From Corynebacterium glutamicum ATCC 13032 (GTDB lineage: Bacteria; Actinomycetota; Actinomycetes; Mycobacteriales; Mycobacteriaceae): a DNA stretch of 32,000 nt. Both the position numbers and the translations under genes were made by a program. The stretch is from positions 3,000,001 through 3,032,000 of the forward strand of contig NC_003450.3 in NCBI RefSeq assembly GCF_000011325.1. Reading direction: 5' to 3'. Shown one piece after another: positions 1 through 8,478 of the stretch. Positions within the stretch are counted from its first letter, which is position 1. Each line of letters opens with the position of its first letter. The notes beneath the pieces are model-generated. The model was given only the letters and a program-made list of their open reading frames with translations, was not told where the DNA came from and ran no database searches.

Positions 1-201
1 CAAAGGAACCAACGCTGCCCTGGTTACACCTTCCGCACTGAGCGTTGCCACAACCTGATCAAGGGAAGGTTCAGCAAGCTCTAAATGCGCTTCCACGGCT
101 GGTGTTTCCAGCATTCGTCCGGCCTCATGAGTCAGCGCAGTAATGCCTGCAGCTGCGGACTTTTTGCGGGAACCGTGGGAAAGCGTAATCAGGGGAATCA
201 T
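1..201 (-). CDS. cysY: Sirohydrochlorin ferrochelatase (CbiX/SirB family), 5' part only; the gene runs off the left edge
   Basis: Open-ended minus-strand ORF absent from the ORF track. ATG is at 201..199. My translation is MIPLITLSHGSRKKSAAAGITALTHEAGRMLETPAVEAHLELAEPSLDQVVATLSAEGVTRAALVPL. The LSHGSR start and VPL strand are typical of CbiX-type chelatases. It lies directly downstream of cysN, as in the cysIXHDNYZ operon. Confidence 0.7.
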   Translation of the reverse strand, partial: MIPLITLSHGSRKKSAAAGITALTHEAGRMLETPAVEAHLELAEPSLDQVVATLSAEGVTRAALVPL

Positions 202-238
202 GAGGTGTCCTAAATGGGGTCTTGCCTAAGACACTGGT

Positions 239-1540
239 CTAGATCGACCAGTTATTGCGTAGGCGGTGGCCAACCAAGCCAGCTGCGAGGGTATCGCCGG
301 AGGATTGGTCGATGAGGAGGAAGGATCCGATGGCGCCGCGGGCAGCGTAATCTTCAACTTCGAGTTCGCCTGCAACGTCGATGCGCACGTGTGCGATGTC
401 GTTGAGGCCGTAGGTTTCTGGTGCTTCGTTGTCGTTGACGCCGTCGATGTCGAGGACTCGTTCGATGGCTGCGACGCGTCCGCGGACCAGCTCGGTGCCG
501 TAGCGAACCTTGACTGCTGCACCTGGTTTGATGGTGCGATCGGCCAAGCCAACAACAGTGGCGTTGAAGGAGCGAACGGATTCTGGGCGGTCTTCGCCAG
601 CGATGAGTTCGCCGCGGATGAGGTCGATTTCCTGGGCTAGGCGCAGGACAACGGCTTCTCCAACTGATGCGGTCTGGAGGGATCCGTCAGCGGAATCGAT
701 GTGGGTGACCTGGGTGGTGCGGCCTTCAGGTAGGTACACGGTATCGCCCACGGAGACGGAACCAGCGTTGATGGTGCCGGCGTAGCCACGGTAGTCGGTG
801 GCGTGCTCGCGGATGACGTACTGGATTGGGAAGCGGAAGCCCAGGTCGTGTGCACGGCCGTGGGAAACTTCTACGTTTTCCAGGATTTCCAGCACGGTTG
901 GTCCGGTGTACCAATCCATGTGGGTGGAAGGTTCTGCAACGTTGTCGCCCTTGAGCGCAGAGATTGGAACAACGTGGGTGTCTGTGACATCAAGTGCAGA
1001 TGCCAGGCCAACGAATTCCTTTTCAATGTTGCGGAAGACTTCTTCGCTGTAATCAACAAGGTCAATTTTGTTGACTGCGAGGATCACCGTGCGTACGCCC
1101 AGCAGAGCCGATACGGACAGGTGGCGGCGGGTCTGCTCGACGACGCCGTGGCGGGCGTCGACAAGCAAAACTACAACCTGGGAGGTGGAGACGCCGGTGA
1201 CGGTGTTGCGGGTGTACTGCACGTGACCTGGGGTATCAGCCAGGATGAAGGTGCGCTTGTCGGTGGCGAAGTAGCGGTAGGCAACGTCGATGGTGATGCC
1301 CTGCTCACGCTCGGCGCGCAGGCCGTCGACGAGGAGTGACAGGTCGAGGCCTTCGAAGCCACGGTCGGCGGAGGTGCGCTCTACGGAAGCCAGCTGATCA
1401 GCAAGAACAGACTTGGTGTCGTGCAGGAGGCGGCCGACGAAGGTGGACTTGCCATCATCTACGGAACCTGCGGTGCACAGACGAAGGGTCTCGCGTGATG
1501 CAATCTTTTCGGATGCTTTATTCAAGGTTGGAGCAGTCAT
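239..1540 (-). CDS. cysN: Sulfate adenylyltransferase subunit 1 (GTPase subunit), without a fused APS-kinase domain
   Basis: 433-aa ORF with GTPase motifs G1 GSVDDGKST, G3 DTPGH and G4 NKID. Its start overlaps the cysD stop as TGATG. Confidence 0.95.
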   Translation of the reverse strand: MTAPTLNKASEKIASRETLRLCTAGSVDDGKSTFVGRLLHDTKSVLADQLASVERTSADRGFEGLDLSLLVDGLRAEREQGITIDVAYRYFATDKRTFILADTPGHVQYTRNTVTGVSTSQVVVLLVDARHGVVEQTRRHLSVSALLGVRTVILAVNKIDLVDYSEEVFRNIEKEFVGLASALDVTDTHVVPISALKGDNVAEPSTHMDWYTGPTVLEILENVEVSHGRAHDLGFRFPIQYVIREHATDYRGYAGTINAGSVSVGDTVYLPEGRTTQVTHIDSADGSLQTASVGEAVVLRLAQEIDLIRGELIAGEDRPESVRSFNATVVGLADRTIKPGAAVKVRYGTELVRGRVAAIERVLDIDGVNDNEAPETYGLNDIAHVRIDVAGELEVEDYAARGAIGSFLLIDQSSGDTLAAGLVGHRLRNNWSI

Positions 1541-2454
1541 CAGAAGTAGCCTTCCTTCTTGCGGTCTTCCATTGCGGATTCGCTGAGGCGGTCATCGGCG
1601 CGGGTTGCGCCACGTTCGGTAAGGGTGGAGGTGGCGATCTCTTCGATCACATCGTCAATGGTGCGGGCTTCGGAGAGCACAGCACCGGTGCAGGACATAT
1701 CGCCGACGGTGCGGTAGCGGACAGTCTTGGTGACGATCTCCTCGCCCTTCTTTGGTCCACCCCACTCGCCTGCGGTCAGCCACATGCCGTCGCGCTCGAA
1801 AACTTCGCGGTCGTGGGAGAAGTAGATCGGTGGAAGTTCGATGCCACGGGCGCCGATGTACTCCCAAATGTCAGCTTCAGTCCAGTTGGAGATTGGGAAA
1901 ACACGGATGTTTTCGCCTGGCAGGTGGCCACCGTTGTAGAGGGTCCACAGCTCTGGGCGCTGACGGCGTGGATCCCAACCACCGAAGGAGTCACGCACAG
2001 AGAACACACGCTCCTTGGCGCGGGCACGCTCCTCATCGCGGCGAGCGCCACCAAGCACTGCGTCGTAGCCCTGCTCAGCGATGGTCTCCACCAAAGGGAC
2101 AGTCTGCAGTGGGTTGCGGGTGCCGTCTGGGCGTTCCTGCAGGTCACCGCGATCGATCCAGTCCTGGACTTTAGCTACGCGCAGGCGGGCGCCGGTGCGC
2201 TCCACCAGGTTGTCGCGGAATTCCAAAACCTCTGGGAAGTTGTGGCCGGTGTCCACGTGCAGCAATTCAAAAGGCACGTTAGCTGGAGCGAAAGCGCGGC
2301 GCGCAAGCTCGTACACCACGACGGAATCCTTACCGCCGGAAAACAGCAGGCCGACCTTATCAAACTGGCCAGCTACCTCGCGGAGGATGTGGATGGATTC
2401 ATTTTCAAGATCTTTAAGGTGTGGGGATAGTACTGATGCAACGGTTGTGGTCAT
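1540..2454 (-). CDS. cysD: Sulfate adenylyltransferase subunit 2 (PP-loop ATP sulfurylase)
   Basis: PP-loop SGGKDS within LLFSGGKDSVVV. I chose the ATG at 2454 (MTTTVASV...) rather than the track start at 2493 because it forms an ATGA overlap with the cysH stop. Confidence 0.93.
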   Translation of the reverse strand: MTTTVASVLSPHLKDLENESIHILREVAGQFDKVGLLFSGGKDSVVVYELARRAFAPANVPFELLHVDTGHNFPEVLEFRDNLVERTGARLRVAKVQDWIDRGDLQERPDGTRNPLQTVPLVETIAEQGYDAVLGGARRDEERARAKERVFSVRDSFGGWDPRRQRPELWTLYNGGHLPGENIRVFPISNWTEADIWEYIGARGIELPPIYFSHDREVFERDGMWLTAGEWGGPKKGEEIVTKTVRYRTVGDMSCTGAVLSEARTIDDVIEEIATSTLTERGATRADDRLSESAMEDRKKEGYF

Positions 2455-3236
2455 GAGTGAAGTCCGCATTCTGTCTTGGCGTTTCCAGCCCAACGGCCGG
2501 CCCTAGGGTCTTGTCCTTCAGCAACAGGAAGGGTGCAGGTTTCGCATCCAATTGATGGATAACCCTGATGGGTAAGTGGGTGATCGATGAGGTTGTTGTC
2601 CGCAATGAACTCGTTGGTTTCCTCCAATGACCAGGTGATAATTGGAGAAATCTTGAGCCTGCCGGTGGCATCCAAGCTCAGCGCAGGGGCTTGAGCACGG
2701 GTTGGGCCATCAGCGCGGCGCAGGCCGGTGATCCAGCCAGCGTATGGGCTTAACGACGCCGCCAGCGGTTCAACTTTGCGCATTCGGCAGCACGCCGCTG
2801 GGTTGCTGCGGTACAGGTTGAGACCATAAATGGAATCCTGCTCCGTGCGCTTGAGGATCGGCAGCGCGGTGACAAGCTTCTGGGAATAGCGCTCATCTAC
2901 CTGACGGGCAACTTCAAGGGTCTCCTTGAAGTGGTAACCGGTGTCCAAAAAGAGGAAATCAGCTTCCGGCAGGTGCCGCGCAGCCAGCTCCGCCAGCACG
3001 GTGTTTTCCATGCTCAAGGTCACTGCAATAGCGCCCGGCGCGTGCTCGGCTGTCCATTCCAGGATCTCTTGCGCGCTGGCGTCATACAACGCAGCAGCAT
3101 GCTTTTCGACGAGTTCCTCGTTATGTTTTGCTACCTCTGGTGACAACGGTGTGGTCGTGCGAGGTCCTTCGGGTGAGATCTCGGGATCTTTTACCGAACC
3201 AGTATTTTTCAGGGCGTTAACTAGTTGAAAGCTCAT
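2451..3236 (-). CDS. cysH: Adenosine 5'-phosphosulfate (APS/PAPS) reductase, Fe-S type
   Basis: 261-aa ORF. The CC pair (AACCRMRK) plus C-terminal CxxC (GCETC) is characteristic of 4Fe-4S APS reductases. Its start forms an ATGA overlap with the cysX stop. Confidence 0.92.
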   Translation of the reverse strand: MSFQLVNALKNTGSVKDPEISPEGPRTTTPLSPEVAKHNEELVEKHAAALYDASAQEILEWTAEHAPGAIAVTLSMENTVLAELAARHLPEADFLFLDTGYHFKETLEVARQVDERYSQKLVTALPILKRTEQDSIYGLNLYRSNPAACCRMRKVEPLAASLSPYAGWITGLRRADGPTRAQAPALSLDATGRLKISPIITWSLEETNEFIADNNLIDHPLTHQGYPSIGCETCTLPVAEGQDPRAGRWAGNAKTECGLHS

Positions 3237-3481
3237 TGTTGCGACTCACCTCTTTTGTGTCTTTCGAGAGATTCTTTTAATGCTTGCGATGTGGACTTTG
3301 CTGGTGCTGGCCTGTGCACTGGATCGTCCTGGCCGTGATATTTCACTTCAAAAACTCTGGTGCAATCCGCACACAACCACGCGAATTCTGTTTGCTCATC
3401 GGGGAAAAGAACTTCTCCCGCGCAGTATGGGCAGTACAGAGGGTGGTTGCGGTTGGGATTGGGTTTCCTCCGAAGACTCAC
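3233..3481 (-). CDS. cysX: Small zinc-ribbon / ferredoxin-like protein of the sulfite-reduction operon
   Basis: 82-aa ORF with two CxxC pairs (CPYC ... CADC). GTG start at 3481..3479 overlaps the cysI stop as GTGA. Its position between cysI and cysH matches the C. glutamicum operon. Confidence 0.75.
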   Translation of the reverse strand: MSLRRKPNPNRNHPLYCPYCAGEVLFPDEQTEFAWLCADCTRVFEVKYHGQDDPVHRPAPAKSTSQALKESLERHKRGESQQ

Positions 3482-5163
3482 ACCAAATCTTCCTCAGCGG
3501 CCCGCTGGACCCAATCGCGGAAGTGCTCGTCCTCGTGGCGCTGTTCCTTGAAGTGGGTAACAACGCGAGTGACGTACTCTCCCACTTCATCGGCAATAAC
3601 CTTGTGGCCCTTGAGCTTGCGTCCGAAGTTTGGATCCAAGTTCATGGAACCGCCCAGGTGAACCTGGAAACCTTCAACGCGGTTGCCGTCAGCATCAGTG
3701 ACGGTCTGTCCCTTGAATCCGATGTCGGAAACCTGGGTGCGTGCACAAGAGTTAGGGCAACCGTTCAGTGCAATCTTGATGGGAACATCCAAATCGCCGA
3801 GGCGCTCTTCCAGTTCGTCGACAAGCTCAATTGCTCGTGACTTGGTGGTTGCGTGCGCAAGCTTGCAGAACTCCAAGCCGGTGCAGGAAATGATGCCGCG
3901 GCGGAACTCGGAAGGTGAAGAGTACAGTCCGATTTCATCCAGGTCGCGTGCAACGGTAGTAAGGTTCTTTCTCTCAATATCGAGGAAGAGCAGTTCCTTT
4001 TCCGCCGTGGTACGAATCCTGGTGATGCCGTGCTTTTCTGCAACATCAGCAATGGCAATGAGCTGCTCACCGGTGGTGTGTCCAACGGTTGGCTTCACAC
4101 CGAGGTAGAACTTGCCGTCCTTTTGTGGGTGAATGCCAATGTGGTCACGGTAGCCAGGGTTGGTGGTAACAACTGGGCCATCGATCAGCTTGCGCTCGAG
4201 GTATTCGGTCTCAAGAACTTCACGGAACTTCTCAATACCCCACTGTGCCACCAAGAACTTGAGGCGAGCACGGTTACGCAGGCGTCGGAAGCCGTAGTCG
4301 CGGAAAATTCCGGCGACGCCAGCCCACACTTCTGGAACCTCATCAAGTGGAATCCAAGAACCAAGTGGCTGAGCAAGCATTGGGTTGGTGGACAGGCCAC
4401 CGCCCACAAAGCACTCAAATCCTGGGCCGAATTCTGGGTGAATCGAAGGAACGAAGGAAACGTCCTGGATTTCGTGGGTAACATCCTGGCGCTGGTTGCC
4501 AGTGATAGCAGTCTTAAACTTACGAGGAAGGTTGTGGAACTCTTCCTTGTCTAGGTAGCGCTCACGAATCGCATCGATAGCCGGGGTGGCATCGATCAGC
4601 TCTTCAGCAGCTACGCCAGAAACTGGGGAGCCCAAGATAACACGTGGAACGTCACCGCAACCAAGCATGGTGGACAGTCCGACGGTTTCTAGCTTCTCCC
4701 AGATCGCAGGCACATCTTCAATACGAATCCAGTGCAGCTGAATGTTCTGGCGGTCGGTGAAGTCCGCGGTGGAACGAGCATAATCCCTAGAAATTTCACC
4801 CACGGCACGCAGGCGCTCAGGGGAAGCCAGTCCGCCATCAAAACGCACACGCATCATGAAGTACTCATCCTGCAGCTCATCATCAGGAAGCTGACCGGTC
4901 AGTTCACCGCCCAGATCCTGCTTACGCTGGGTGTAAATGCCCAACCACTTAAAGCGTGGGGCAATGTCATCCGGTGCAATGGAAGAAAAACCCTGCTTGG
5001 AGTAAATATCAATGACCCGCTGCTTGACAGCAAAAGCGGGTTCTTCTTGCTTAATTTCCTCGGCATGGTTAAGCGGCTCGGTGCCGTCGATTTTCCATTG
5101 GCCTTCGGGCTTAGGCTTCCTGGCGGCACGTGCTGGCCGGGCACTTCCGGTGGTTGTTGTCAT
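3478..5163 (-). CDS. cysI: Sulfite reductase hemoprotein (ferredoxin-dependent, siroheme/4Fe-4S)
   Basis: 561-aa ORF. Cys cluster motifs CTGLEFC and CPNSCA are the siroheme-FeS ligands. AAGGA RBS about 10 nt upstream of the ATG at 5163. Confidence 0.95.
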   Translation of the reverse strand: MTTTTGSARPARAARKPKPEGQWKIDGTEPLNHAEEIKQEEPAFAVKQRVIDIYSKQGFSSIAPDDIAPRFKWLGIYTQRKQDLGGELTGQLPDDELQDEYFMMRVRFDGGLASPERLRAVGEISRDYARSTADFTDRQNIQLHWIRIEDVPAIWEKLETVGLSTMLGCGDVPRVILGSPVSGVAAEELIDATPAIDAIRERYLDKEEFHNLPRKFKTAITGNQRQDVTHEIQDVSFVPSIHPEFGPGFECFVGGGLSTNPMLAQPLGSWIPLDEVPEVWAGVAGIFRDYGFRRLRNRARLKFLVAQWGIEKFREVLETEYLERKLIDGPVVTTNPGYRDHIGIHPQKDGKFYLGVKPTVGHTTGEQLIAIADVAEKHGITRIRTTAEKELLFLDIERKNLTTVARDLDEIGLYSSPSEFRRGIISCTGLEFCKLAHATTKSRAIELVDELEERLGDLDVPIKIALNGCPNSCARTQVSDIGFKGQTVTDADGNRVEGFQVHLGGSMNLDPNFGRKLKGHKVIADEVGEYVTRVVTHFKEQRHEDEHFRDWVQRAAEEDLV

Positions 5164-5348
5164 GGGGAGTTAATCCTTAAAGAGCTAGTGAAGTACATGT
5201 CACTCGGTTTGATCTATCCGCAAACTTAGACGTACCGCTCTGTCTAGACCAACCATTAGATTCATGAGACTGAAAGCAATGGAGTCACCTAATGCCCGTT
5301 TAAATGAATTAACCTGGGGATATTAGGTTAGGTTCACCGTGAATATAA

Positions 5349-5364
5349 TAGACCGATCTGTCTA
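5349..5364. promoter_or_regulatory. Perfect TAGAC-N6-GTCTA palindrome (McbR-type operator) in the cysI/fpr2 divergent region
   Basis: The sequence TAGACcgatctGTCTA is read directly. It matches the published McbR operator consensus of C. glutamicum sulfur-metabolism genes, as I recall it. Confidence 0.65.
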
Positions 5365-5433
5365 GTTTTTTCATGGAGTTTGAATTTAATTAAGCAAAAG
5401 TCTTCGCATTGTCGCATTTCGCTGCTACGTTTA

Positions 5434-5449
5434 CAGACCAAGCGGTCTA
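5434..5449. promoter_or_regulatory. Near-perfect (9/10) second McbR-type box, cAGAC-N6-GTCTA
   Basis: The sequence CAGACcaagcgGTCTA is read directly, about 95 nt upstream of the fpr2 ATG. Confidence 0.45.
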
Positions 5450-5545
5450 GGAGTGTTAAACAGCCTGGACTTGAAACACCTTTAACTACTTGATTTTCAC
5501 ACCCTTGTTTCCATAAAAGGGCTCACGAAAGGCAACTTCAAACAC

Positions 5546-6919
5546 ATGACAACTCCCCTGCGCGTAGCCGTCATCGGAGCTGGCCCTGCTGGCATTTACG
5601 CATCCGACCTCCTCATCCGCAATGAAGAGCGCGAAGTGTTCGTTGACCTTTTCGAGCAAATGCCTGCACCGTTCGGACTCATCCGTTACGGCGTTGCTCC
5701 AGACCACCCACGCATCAAGGGCATCGTTAAGTCCCTGCACAACGTGTTGGACAAGCCACGCCTGCGCCTGCTCGGTAACATTGAAATCGGCAAAGACATC
5801 ACCGTCGAAGAACTCCGCGACTACTACGATGCAGTCGTGTTCTCCACCGGCGCAGTTGCAGACCGCGACCTCAACATCCCCGGAATTGAAGCAGAAGGCT
5901 CCTTCGGTGCCGGCGAGTTCGTTGGCTTCTACGACGGCAACCCACGCTTCGAGCGCTCCTGGGATCTGTCTGCACAGTCCGTCGCTGTTATCGGCGTTGG
6001 TAACGTCGGCCTCGACGTAGCCCGCATCCTGGCTAAGACAGGCGACGAGCTCAAAGTCACCGAAATTTCCGACAACGTCTACGACTCCCTCAAAGAAAAC
6101 AAGGCCACTGAAGTGCACGTTTTCGGACGTCGTGGCCCAGCACAGGTCAAGTTCACCCCACAGGAACTCAAAGAACTCGACCACTCCCCCACCATCAACG
6201 TGGTTGTTGATCCAGAAGACATCGACTACGACGGCGCCTCTGAAGAAGCCCGCCGCGCATCCAAGTCCCAGGACCTGGTCTGCCAGATCCTGGAACAGTA
6301 CGCAATCCGCGAGCCAAAGGACGCTCCGCACACCCTGCAGATCCACCTCTTTGAAAACCCAGTTGAGGTTCTTCAAAAGGACGGCAAGGTTGTTGGCCTG
6401 CGCACCGAACGCACCTCACTTGATGGCAACGGCGGCGTAAACGGAACCGGCGAATTCAAGGACTGGCCAGTCCAGGCTGTCTACCGCGCAGTCGGCTACA
6501 AGTCCGACCCCATCGACGGCGTCCCATTCGATGAGAACAAGCACGTCATCCCTAATGACGGCGGACATGTCCTCACCGCTCCAGGCGCAGAACCAGTACC
6601 AGGCCTCTATGCAACCGGCTGGATCAAGCGTGGACCAATCGGTCTAATCGGCAACACCAAGTCCGACGCCAAGGAAACCACCGACATCCTCATCAAGGAT
6701 GCCGTCGCCGGTGTACTTGAAGCTCCAAAGCACCAGGGCGAAGAAGCCATCATCGAGCTTCTCGATTCCCGCAACATCCCATTCACCACCTGGGAAGGCT
6801 GGTACAAACTCGACGCAGCAGAGCGCGCACTCGGTGAAGCCGAAGGCCGCGAGCGCAAGAAGATTGTTGATTGGGAAGAAATGGTCCGCCAGGCCCGCGA
6901 AGCTCCAGCAATTGTCTAA
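5546..6919 (+). CDS. fpr2: Ferredoxin/flavodoxin-NADP+ reductase (FprA type)
   Basis: 457-aa ORF with two dinucleotide folds (VIGAGPAG and VIGVGNVG). It is divergent from cysI, as fpr2/cysJ is in C. glutamicum. Confidence 0.9.
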   Translation: MTTPLRVAVIGAGPAGIYASDLLIRNEEREVFVDLFEQMPAPFGLIRYGVAPDHPRIKGIVKSLHNVLDKPRLRLLGNIEIGKDITVEELRDYYDAVVFSTGAVADRDLNIPGIEAEGSFGAGEFVGFYDGNPRFERSWDLSAQSVAVIGVGNVGLDVARILAKTGDELKVTEISDNVYDSLKENKATEVHVFGRRGPAQVKFTPQELKELDHSPTINVVVDPEDIDYDGASEEARRASKSQDLVCQILEQYAIREPKDAPHTLQIHLFENPVEVLQKDGKVVGLRTERTSLDGNGGVNGTGEFKDWPVQAVYRAVGYKSDPIDGVPFDENKHVIPNDGGHVLTAPGAEPVPGLYATGWIKRGPIGLIGNTKSDAKETTDILIKDAVAGVLEAPKHQGEEAIIELLDSRNIPFTTWEGWYKLDAAERALGEAEGRERKKIVDWEEMVRQAREAPAIV

Positions 6920-6940
6920 ATTGTTTTAACGCGTGAAGCA

Positions 6941-6981
6941 GTCCCCGCCCGATTTATTCGAGGCGGGGACTTTCGCTTTCC
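6941..6981 (+). terminator. Hairpin terminator downstream of fpr2; also copy 1 of a 41-nt direct repeat
   Basis: GTCCCCGCC (6941-6949) pairs with GGCGGGGAC (6962-6970), followed by tttcgctttc. It starts 22 nt after the fpr2 stop. Confidence 0.7.
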
Positions 6982-7015
6982 GGGATAAAAATTGCAACGC
7001 ACTACACTGAGCAGT

Positions 7016-8380
7016 ATGAATGATGAGAATATTCAAAGCTCCAACTATCAGCCATTCCCGAGTTTTGACGATTGGAAACAGATCGAGGTGTCGCTCTTAG
7101 ATGTCATCGAATCCTCACGCCATTTTTCTGATTTGAAAGATAGCACTGATCGTTCTGCGTTAGATGCTGCGCTAGAGAGAGCAAAAAGAGCTGCCGCAGT
7201 TGATACCAATGCCATAGAAGGAATCTTCCAAACTGATCGCGGTTTTACCCATACAGTTGCAACGCAGGTAGGGGCTTGGGAGCAACAAATGGCGATGAAA
7301 GGCAAACATGTTAAGCCTGCGTTTGACGATACTCTAGAAGGCTTTGAGTATGTTCTCGATGCAGTAACTGGTAGAACTCCAATCTCTCAGCAATGGATTA
7401 GAAATTTGCACGCCGTCATTCTGCGGAGCCAAGAAAGCCACGAGGTTTTTACAGCCGTTGGAGTCCAAAATCAGGCGCTTCAGAAAGGCGAGTATAAAAC
7501 TCAGCCAAATAGTCCACAGCGCTCAGATGGATCTGTACATGCATACGCCCCAGTTGAAGATACTCCTGCTGAAATGGCTAGATTTATTTCAGAACTTGAA
7601 TCTAAGGAATTCTTAGCAGCCGAGAAGGTTATTCAAGCTGCCTATGCCCACTATGCTTTCGTATGTATTCATCCTTTTGCAGATGGGAATGGACGAGTTG
7701 CACGAGCCTTGGCTAGTGTTTTTCTATACAAAGATCCTGGTGTCCCTCTCGTAATCTACCAAGATCAACGCAGAGATTACATCCATGCTCTAGAAGCAGC
7801 GGACAAGAATAACCCGCTCCTGCTGATTAGATTCTTTGCTGAACGAGTGACCGATACTATTAACTCTATTATCGTTGATCTCACTACCCCGATCGCGGGT
7901 AAATCTGGTTCGGCTAAGCTTTCGGATGCGCTACGCCCCACTCGCGTATTACCAGAATTACATGATGCTGCACATAGGCTCCAAGAAAGTTTATTTACAG
8001 AAATCCGATCTCGATTGGATGAAGAAGGAAAAAGGAATGGGTTGGAGTTTCTACTTCAACGGATTTTTATCGGTTCCCCATTCAATCTGCCAGAGGGCTA
8101 TAACGCTTTCCCTGATAGCTATTGTCTGACCTTAGCTTTCAATAGCAACTCTCCAAAACAAATCTTCCACCCGCTATCCATAGTAATAGCAGCTCGAGAT
8201 GGGAAAAGAGCGAGCAGCGACCTCGTGGCAGCTACTTCTATTGGATACAACTTTCACGCTTACGGACGTGAAGTCGAGCCTGTTGTTACTGAAAGCTTTC
8301 GAGAACGTGTGAAAATTTACGCCGACGGGATTGTAGATCACTTCTTAACCGAACTGGCTAAAAAGTTTCAACAGAATTAA
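7016..8380 (+). CDS. Fic-domain protein (AMPylase/adenylyltransferase family) with N-terminal inhibitory-helix motif and an uncharacterised C-terminal ~170 aa
   Basis: Canonical Fic motif HPFADGNGRVAR, with an upstream TNAIEG matching (S/T)xxxE(G/N). The track start at 6992 is TTG; I prefer the ATG at 7016 (MNDENIQ). Markedly AT-rich relative to its neighbours. Confidence 0.85.
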   Translation: MNDENIQSSNYQPFPSFDDWKQIEVSLLDVIESSRHFSDLKDSTDRSALDAALERAKRAAAVDTNAIEGIFQTDRGFTHTVATQVGAWEQQMAMKGKHVKPAFDDTLEGFEYVLDAVTGRTPISQQWIRNLHAVILRSQESHEVFTAVGVQNQALQKGEYKTQPNSPQRSDGSVHAYAPVEDTPAEMARFISELESKEFLAAEKVIQAAYAHYAFVCIHPFADGNGRVARALASVFLYKDPGVPLVIYQDQRRDYIHALEAADKNNPLLLIRFFAERVTDTINSIIVDLTTPIAGKSGSAKLSDALRPTRVLPELHDAAHRLQESLFTEIRSRLDEEGKRNGLEFLLQRIFIGSPFNLPEGYNAFPDSYCLTLAFNSNSPKQIFHPLSIVIAARDGKRASSDLVAATSIGYNFHAYGREVEPVVTESFRERVKIYADGIVDHFLTELAKKFQQN

Positions 8381-8437
8381 TTAGCCTATCTCGGCTTTCG
8401 CCTTCCGATCCTCAGTCTAGGTTTAGCGACTTTTAAA

Positions 8438-8478
8438 GTCCCCGCTCGTTTTATTCGAGGCGGGGACTTTCGCTTTCC
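8438..8478 (+). repeat. Copy 2 of the 41-nt direct repeat (39/41 identical to 6941-6981), a hairpin terminator shared with the convergent small gene
   Basis: gtccccgctcgttttattcgaggcggggactttcgctttcc versus gtccccgcccgatttattcgaggcggggactttcgctttcc, compared by eye. Confidence 0.9.

Noticed and set aside
803-2430. Long plus-strand ORFs (803-1339 at 178 aa and 1336-2430 at 364 aa) antisense to cysN and cysD
   Set aside because: They have no recognisable motifs and Arg/Gly/Val-rich junk composition. They lie opposite genes with unambiguous GTPase and PP-loop motifs, which is typical of high-GC antisense open frames.
5227-5246. TAGAC ... GTCTA pair considered as a standard McbR operator
   Set aside because: The spacer is 10 nt, not 6. 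It is kept only as an atypical box in a finding and is not called as a feature.
5486-6376. 296-aa minus-strand ORF overlapping fpr2
   Set aside because: It is antisense to a gene with two clear dinucleotide-binding folds. It would also have to start inside the fpr2 coding region and end in the regulatory spacer.
6992-7015. TTG start of the Fic ORF given by the track
   Set aside because: An ATG 8 codons downstream (7016) is the more conventional start. Neither has a strong RBS, so the choice is uncertain but does not affect the call.
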